DNA of 64,000 nucleotides from NCBI RefSeq assembly GCF_009914755.1, contig NC_060938.1; one strand, 5' to 3'. Positions 56,340 through 64,000 of the stretch are shown here, piece by piece. The stretch comes from the human T2T-CHM13v2.0 reference genome, Homo sapiens. Below the pieces are notes generated by a model. That model saw only the letters and a list, made by a program, of their open reading frames with translations, was not told where the DNA came from and did not search any database. Each line of letters opens with the position of its first letter. Position 1 is the stretch's first letter. The position numbers and the translations under genes were made by a program.

Positions 56340-56860
56340 TGAGGACAGAAAAACCAAATTCTGTCAAAATATTTAAAGAGGTTTATTCTGAGTCAATATG
56401 CGTGACCTCGGTCTGGGGATACACAGTCTCAAAAGGTCCTGAGAAAGTGTGCCCAAGGCAACTGGGTTACAGTTTGGCTTTGTACATTTCAGGAAAGTAT
56501 GGGAATTGCAGGTAAAATCATAAATCAGTACATGGAAGGTATACAGTGATTGGGCCTGAAAATTCTGTACATCTCGAAGCCATGGCTTACAAGTCATTGG
56601 TGGGTTTTAGGGATTCTTTAGTTGGCAATTGGTTGAAAGGTAATCTTTGTCTAAAGACTTGAAGTCAGTACATAAGGATGTTTAAGATCAGGGGGTGTCT
56701 GCCATCTCTCATGTGATGCTACACTAGAGTCAGATTGGAAAATAGGCTGCATTATACCAGCTTAGTTTAAAAAAACTGTTTAATGAGATTTTATGGTTTG
56801 TGGGGTCTGCTTAGAAAGGATTTGGGGCAAGAGAAAAAAAGGTCAGAGTTCAGTCCTTAG
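56340..56860 (-). mobile_element. ERV1 LTR (MER4-family-like)
   Basis: GAGGTTTATTCTGAG...GGTCCTGAGAAAGTGTGCCCAAGG motifs. Confidence 0.65.
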
Positions 56861-58575
56861 CAGCCTGAGTCTTCATCATTATAATTTCTTTTTGCCATTT
56901 TTATTCTGTATCAATAATTTATATTAATATCCTTAATTGGATTAGCACAAAGATATGGGTTCTCCATAGGATGAGTTGTTTTAGGACCAACTATGCAAGC
57001 AAAACCAGCAACCTGTAAGAAGCACTAAATCTAACCTTGGGAAGTTAGAAGACATAAAAAATTTTTGCATGACATCTTTTTCTAAAAAATAGAAGGTCTG
57101 TTTATACAAAGCATGAGAAGGACTATGGTCTATTTGCTGGAAAAAGGTCTTTATAAAGATCAACTTAAAATGTTTAGATATTTACCATGTATGCCTGAAT
57201 TAAGCTGGCTGAAAATATATTTTTCTAGTATATCTGAAAATAATGCTAATTGTAGTTATACTTTTCTCCTCATTTTTTTTTGTTTCATTTTTATTTCTGG
57301 CTGGGGGCAGGGTGGTGGGGGAGAAAAATAAGCATATGAAAGTACTGTGTGGCTTCTTTTTAATTTTCATAGCTTTCAAGTAGAGATGCTGATTTTTCAA
57401 GTCCATTAGAGGCTCAGCATGGTGTCACCATTTCTTTATAAGTAGTTTGCATATTTAAAGATCTCCCCTGGAGCAAGAGAAGATGGGGAACACAAGGAAA
57501 AATAATTAATTATACAGTAAGATTAAGGAACTCGCATTCATTTCAGAAAAGAGTTGGTATTAAGAAGTGGACAGTAATCTGGGATGTGTTTTGAGATAAT
57601 AGAACTGAAAATCTAAGAGGTACTTTAACTGAGCTCTTGGATATCATGATTATGTTAACACTGGCTAAAGAATAAAAAACTTTCAGCCTTGAGAGAAAAA
57701 TCGTATTACAAAAAATCAGAATTCTCTCTTAACTAGTAGCCCCAGCTTCTATTAATCACATCTTTATCTGAGCTTCAAATTTCTACAAAGACTGATTTGC
57801 TTTCCCTTTGTCAAAAATGGTTTCCACCTCCTCTATGTAAAATTCTAATTCTTTTTTAGTCACCTCTTGTCTAATCTTGAATAAACAATAGAGGGAACAA
57901 ACTCGAGGGTATTAAAGATATGGGGTAAACAAATGTAAAATATGAAAACAATTGAAGAGAAGATCTTTTTCAGTTTGTGGCAAAGGGCAGTCTGCTCCTT
58001 AGAATTTACTGGGACTTAAGGTGATGTCAGAAAAGTGAAATGATGGTTGTTGAAGACAACAGTTATCCAAATACTCCAGCTCCTTTCACTCTTCTTCATG
58101 ATCCCATTTTCCAAGCCTTTTCTCTACCTGCTTACTTAATCTTTATTTCTCTACATCTGTCTTGAAAGTGGGCACTGCCACTGGATCTGGCTTACACACC
58201 GAAGACTTGACTGCCACGGAGTTTGGAGGCATTTTGAATCATTATACAGTAGATAAATCAGGGGGAGTGGGTAAAAACTTAGGCATTTTTTAATATCAAT
58301 TTTGTGTCTTGTATATTAAAATTATATTCAAATATATTATACATCTGCTTCCCTTTGATGAGTGTTTTTATCTCATCTGCTATTAGCCCTCTGGTCTGGA
58401 ACTGATTAGTGAAAATTGGTGGGGCCATCTGGAAACATGAGCAACTTGAGTTTCTGTCGGATTTCTAATGCACATTTTGATTGGTGCTAATTATATGGTC
58501 TATTTCATTATTTATTTTCCTGACTGCTTATTGTTAGAAAAGAAAATACTAATCTAAAATGAATTGTTTTCAAAG

Positions 58576-58661
58576 GCTTTGGATCTGGCTGCCCTCTCCA
58601 CAGAACATTCTCAGTACAAGGACTGGTGGTGGAAAGTACAGATTGGAAAATGTTACTACAG
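58576..58661 (+). CDS. TTC8: TTC8 coding exon (ALDLAALSTEHSQYKDWWWKVQIGKCYY)
   Basis: ttttcaaag|GCT acceptor, CAG|gtaaat donor; 86 nt; conserved DWWWK motif. Confidence 0.96.
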
Positions 58662-60112
58662 GTAAATTTCATTATTTGTGAAGGGCTTAGAAGTGGCCAC
58701 GTATTTTAGGGTCTCAAATCTGATACTTTTTGAGGGGGGGGAGATTTTCCCATGAAGAAATGAGAACTGTGTCTTTGACTTACTTGATAAAGCATTTACT
58801 TAACAATCACAGGGTAGCAATAAGAATTAATACCTTTAGAATAATAAAACTTTGAGCTGGGAGAGGGAAGCTTTGAGACCATCAGGCCCAACTCCCCTTT
58901 TCACATGAGGAAGCTGAGGCCAAGACAGTGGCTGTAATTTGCATCAGGAGCTAGTGAGTAACAGACCAGGGACTAGAACCAAGTCTGCTGATTTCTAGTT
59001 CTGTTCTCTTGGTAATCAAATCTTTTTATTTACACTGATGCCTCACATCTGTAAAACACTTCATAGTTAAGAGATACTTTGTTCCTACATTATACCATTT
59101 CACTTAAGTCTCACAGAACCTTGGAGGTAGTGGCTATCGTTAGTCCTTTTCCCAGATGAAAAAAATTGAGCCTCACAAAGATAAAGTGATTTGTCCAAAT
59201 TCACGTAACCAGTAAGTGGCAGAACAAGAATTTGAGCTCCCTTTCTGACGCCAATTCTCTTGCTGTTTCCACAATTCCATATTGTTTCTGTAGGACCTGA
59301 GTATTTTTATATTCTCTTAATGTTTCAATGTATTTTAAAGCAAATTAACTGAGAGATCAGAAGAGTCGTAATGAATTTTATGAATATTTATATAGCAACT
59401 AGTAAATAAGATCTGAAACTTGTTGCTGATATTGAAATGCATATAGAACATTTGGAAAAATAGAAACAAATGAACAATTCTATTTTTAAGTATAAATATC
59501 TTTTATTATTAAAATAGGGTAGACTTCAGTTACTATGAGCACACTTCAATATTTATAAGCTTCAGTTGTCATTCAAGTACTCTGAGAAAAAAGAAGACTA
59601 TAAATGGGACAAAAAGCATGTTTATTGTTCTGCCGTTGAAATTAAGACTACTTTCCATTTAGATATTTCACATAAAACTCTAAAGTGTTTTTTCCTGCTG
59701 CTAGATGGAGAAAGTGTTTTCTGCTAAAAGGTAATTTTAGACCATTATATCATTAAACTCTTATGAATGTAATTCCTGGAGACAGTCTTGAAATCTTGAG
59801 CTGCCAAGCAAAACCTTCAGAAATGCTTGATAATTAAAGGAAAGCAAAACTCTGATTCCTTTTGCCATCCATATACGATGGCATTTAAATGAGTGTACCT
59901 TGTCATATTAAATTATCCTTCTTTTCTGTTCTTTAATACCTGCCCATCTTTATGACATATTCAGTATTCTTTCACTTATACATTCATTCATTCACTCAGT
60001 AAAATATTTAATGGGCAGCTACTCTGCCAGGAACTGGGAGTACAAAAGATTAGATTGTCCGTTCTTTCAAATGGTTTACAATAGAATGGAGGAGAGAGGA
60101 CAGTAAATAATT

Positions 60113-60287
60113 ACGGGTTAAGTATTTCTTATCTGAAATGCTTGGGAACAGAAGTGTTTCAGATTTTGCAATATTTGAATATATTTAATGAGATATCTTG
60201 GGGATGGGACCCAGGTTTAAAGATGAAATTCATATATGTTTCATATAAACCTTATACACATAGCCTGAAGGTAATTTTGTATAATAT
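60113..60287. mobile_element. Tigger4/MER46-type DNA transposon fragment
   Basis: GGTTAAGTATTTCTTATCTGAAATGCTTGGGAACAGAAGTGTTTCAGATTTTG terminus. Confidence 0.65.
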
Positions 60288-60591
60288 TTTATTTTATTAT
60301 ATTTTTTAGAGATGGGATCTTGCTCTTTCACCCAGGCTGGAGTGTAGTTATATGATTGTGGCTCACTGCAGCCTCAATCTCCTGGGCTTAAGCCATCCTG
60401 CTTCAGTCTCCCAAGCTGGGATTACAGGCACATGCCACCATGCCCGGCTAATTTTTTAAAGCTTTCTTTTTTATAGAGACAGGTTCTTGCTATGTTGCCC
60501 AAGGTGGTCTTGAACCCCTGGACTCACACCATCCTCCCGCCTTGGCATCCTAAGGTGCTGGGATTATAGGCATTAGCCATTGAATCCTGCC
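60288..60591 (-). mobile_element. Alu (J-type)
   Basis: Reverse Alu consensus. Confidence 0.87.
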
Positions 60592-61403
60592 ATACTCCCA
60601 TTATTATGTCCTTTTCAATGAAACCAAATTCAGCATTCCCTAACATGCTGTTTACTTTACTGCCTATGTACTTACGTTCATGGTTTAATTTTATTTTGGA
60701 AATGTCGCTCTTCCCTCCACATCTGGCTGTTGAAATCTTGCCTGTTTACTATCTCCCTGAACCTCCTCTGTGCTCTCAAAGCACTTTTTTCCTGATTGAC
60801 CATAATATGATTAAATTTATTTGTGAACATGTTTTGTTTCATTCTTTGATTATCATTGCTTTAAGGACATGGTTGTTACCTTCTTCATTTTTCATCTCCT
60901 TACCATCACGAAATAAGCACGCAGTTGACACTTTACAGTTTTGTTAACTTTAAGTTGGAGAGAAAAAGTTGGCAGCTGGACTCTGACTCTTTGATACTGG
61001 CCGGTGTTTATAAACTTGACTGATGTTTTATGCCTTGACTTTCTTTGAACATGGCATGTTCCATTTTCTTTGCACAAGAATTCATGTGGTGGATTCCTTT
61101 TTGATAGTATTAGATTAAGTTCTCTCTTAAGGCTGTAGTAATAAAGAACATGGTTCTTTGGCTTTCATGTAGTGTAATATTTCTGATTATATTTTTATTT
61201 TTAAAATTTATCTACATTGTTTTTAAAATAATCTATTTCTGTTTTCATATTCTTGTTTTATATGTATCTTTTTATTGTAATCCCTTTTAAATCATTTTTG
61301 GAAAGAAACAAGTTAGATAAAAATACACAGACTCTCATGGATAATTTAAATTCATGGAATTTAGTGACTGTATTTCAGTCACGTGTTTAAGACTTGCATG
61401 CAT

Positions 61404-61698
61404 GGCCAGGTGCGGTGGCTCATGCCTGTAATCCCAGCACTTTGGGAGGCCAAGGTGGGAGGATAGTTTGAGCCCAGGAGTTGGCAGCCAGCCTTGGCAA
61501 CAAGGTGAGATCCTGTCTTTACCGAAACAAAATACAAAAGTTAGCCGGGCATAGTGGTACATGTCAGTAATCCCAGCTACTTGGGAGGCTAAGACAGAGG
61601 ATTGCTTGAGCCCCAGAGGGCAAGGCTGCGGTGAGCTGTGATCCCACCATTGCCCTCCAGCCTGGGCGACAGAGACTCTATCTCAAAAGAAAGAAAAA
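61404..61698 (+). mobile_element. Alu (J-type)
   Basis: Alu consensus. Confidence 0.88.
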
Positions 61699-62794
61699 GA
61701 TTTGCATGTTCAGTTGATGTTGTGTACATATATATGTTGGTTTTCAGAACTTTAGAGTTCTTTGATAACATTTTATAAATACTCCCTGTGAAACTGTGGG
61801 ACCTTTGAAGAGGTAGGGGCTTCTGCCATGTCCCACATCTTCTCACTTTAGCCTTTAACCACTTTAATCCCAAGGCCTCCAATAGCTATTTGGGCATCAG
61901 CCACACCAATGCTTAAGGTTTAAGGTTATGAAAAATGATCAAAGGTCTTCTTTCAAGCCTTTAAATGAAAGTAGCACAATGGAGCATACTGTATATCATT
62001 TTGATTTGATTTCACAAAATAAAACATTATCGTATCTGAGTAGCTCTCAGATAGCTAAAAAATGAGTGGTTATGAGTAAGCCTAACAGGTCTATTAAGGA
62101 CATGAATGAATAGACCTGTTGAAAGTTGTGTGTGTTTTAATGATTGAATTAGTGGCAACAGATTCTTTCCTGGGTGTAAGAGGTAGGCCCTACTTACATC
62201 AGGACAGTCATATTTAGGCAAGGAGCAAATCTCAGATTCATAGACTAGGACAATCAGTATCAGATATCTAATAAGGGAAAACAAGATTTCTAGAATAATA
62301 AAATGGTATAACTATATTACCCAAGTGCTAATTATTACTTACATCAGAATAGCTTTTAAAGATAGCTTTTAAAAATGTGCTTTTGTCTCAGAGCAGAAGA
62401 GATTTTCAAATAAATGTCATCCTTCAGCTCTTCCAGTAATATGGAGACTCTAAGCATTTATTCAGGTCACTTGCCATATGTCCAGCTGATCATAAGCTCT
62501 TTGGGTGGTGAACTGATGTGACCTGGCTTACTAGCAGCTATTATCTTAGTCCTGCTGTGACTAGGCTTCAGACAGACTCTTTACATACCATTTGGGGGTT
62601 AGAAGCCAGTGAATATGGGAGATAGGCAACTTATTGCTAAGCTGTATAAATAAACATGTTAATTTATGTGTATGTGCAACATTACCTTCCTTGGTATGTG
62701 CTTCCTCTTATAATTTGTCTCTATTCATCCTCAGGGTATGATGTAGTGTTTATTTTTAAGTTGAATGTCTAATTCTTAAAATTGCTATTTGTAG

Positions 62795-62882
62795 GTTGGG
62801 AATGTATCGTGAAGCAGAAAAACAGTTTAAATCAGCCCTGAAGCAGCAGGAAATGGTAGATACATTTCTGTACTTGGCAAAA
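62795..62882 (+). CDS. TTC8: TTC8 coding exon (RLGMYREAEKQFKSALKQQEMVDTFLYLAK), TPR region; gene continues beyond window
   Basis: tttgtag|G acceptor, AAA|gtaagt donor; 88 nt; cumulative CDS 798 nt in frame. Confidence 0.96.
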
Positions 62883-63540
62883 GTAAGTAAATCTTAATTT
62901 GAGTGAAATCTGCCTTCTCAGAATAAATGTTTAAATTCTGGCCATTGCATGGGGAGAGTAAACAGCTTCTTCAGGAATATTTGGCAAGTTACTATGTTTA
63001 GATTTAACTTGTTTTTCTTTACAGCAAGGGAAAAAATGAGAACGTATAGAGGGTAACTGTCTCATAAGAAATTGATTGCCATGAAAAATAAGAAGACCCA
63101 TTTGAAAGATTGCCCATTAGGACAGGAGAAAATACCATAGGCTCACTACTCGCATAGGTAACAGGCCCCAATGAGGCCTTATTTTCTACAGTACCTTTGT
63201 ATCCCACTTGGGCAGGTAGTAGAGAACAGGGACTGTTTTTACTTAGGTTCCTAGTTACTCGGCTGAGGCATAATAATAAAAATAATACTTCACCTTTATT
63301 GATCACCTACTCAGTGTAAAACATTTTATCATGTTCATTATATATACAGTTTAACCCTCACAATAACCCTGCAAAGGTGAGTTTTATCATTTCCTTTATA
63401 CTCTTAAGGAAAATTAAATTTAAAGAGGGGTAAGTTTTTCAGGGTCCCTTGGTGGTTAGGAGTTAGCATTCAGATCCAGGTCTTTCTGACTCCAGACCTA
63501 GTCACTGCTGCAGTGCCACCTGCAGCCACAGCAGAAATGA

Positions 63541-63867
<327 letters not shown>

Positions 63868-64000
63868 AGAATTTTCAATAGTGGAGTAAAGTTACTTCTT
63901 GACCCTCACCAAGGCTACTTTGAAAGAAAAACACAAGTGGTGGTGATGACATGATTTTGCTTTATCTGTTAGAGTTTCTTAAATTAAAAAATGTGGTAAA

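Overview
Primate (very likely human) genomic DNA. Bases 1-~29.7 kb are repeat-dense non-coding sequence: Alu, L1, L2, MIR, MaLR/ERV LTRs, DNA transposons, a ~1 kb TA-rich VNTR and a U4 snRNA pseudogene. A CpG-island promoter at ~29.9-30.65 kb precedes the 5' part of TTC8 (BBS8, a BBSome TPR subunit) on the + strand. I traced nine coding exons by translation and splice sites; together they give 798 nt (266 codons) in frame and include the 30-nt photoreceptor-type microexon 2A. A further in-frame 78-nt cassette exon lies at 52203-52280, and the gene runs off the end of the window. A Y3 RNA retropseudogene with target-site duplication sits in an intron. Almost all ORFs in the supplied track are repeat-derived. 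I see no evidence for a wholly new gene system. The most unusual unexplained structures are: (1) an 85-bp inverted duplication with a tandem-repeat spacer at 14.0-14.25 kb that looks like a templated-insertion repair scar; (2) a ~100-bp direct duplication upstream of the promoter; (3) a diverged intronic duplication at ~55.2-55.5 kb; and (4) a heptad R-P-x-T repeat in the TTC8 protein matching ciliary kinase consensus. Repeat subfamily names come from recalled consensus sequences, and repeat boundaries are approximate unless a TSD is given.
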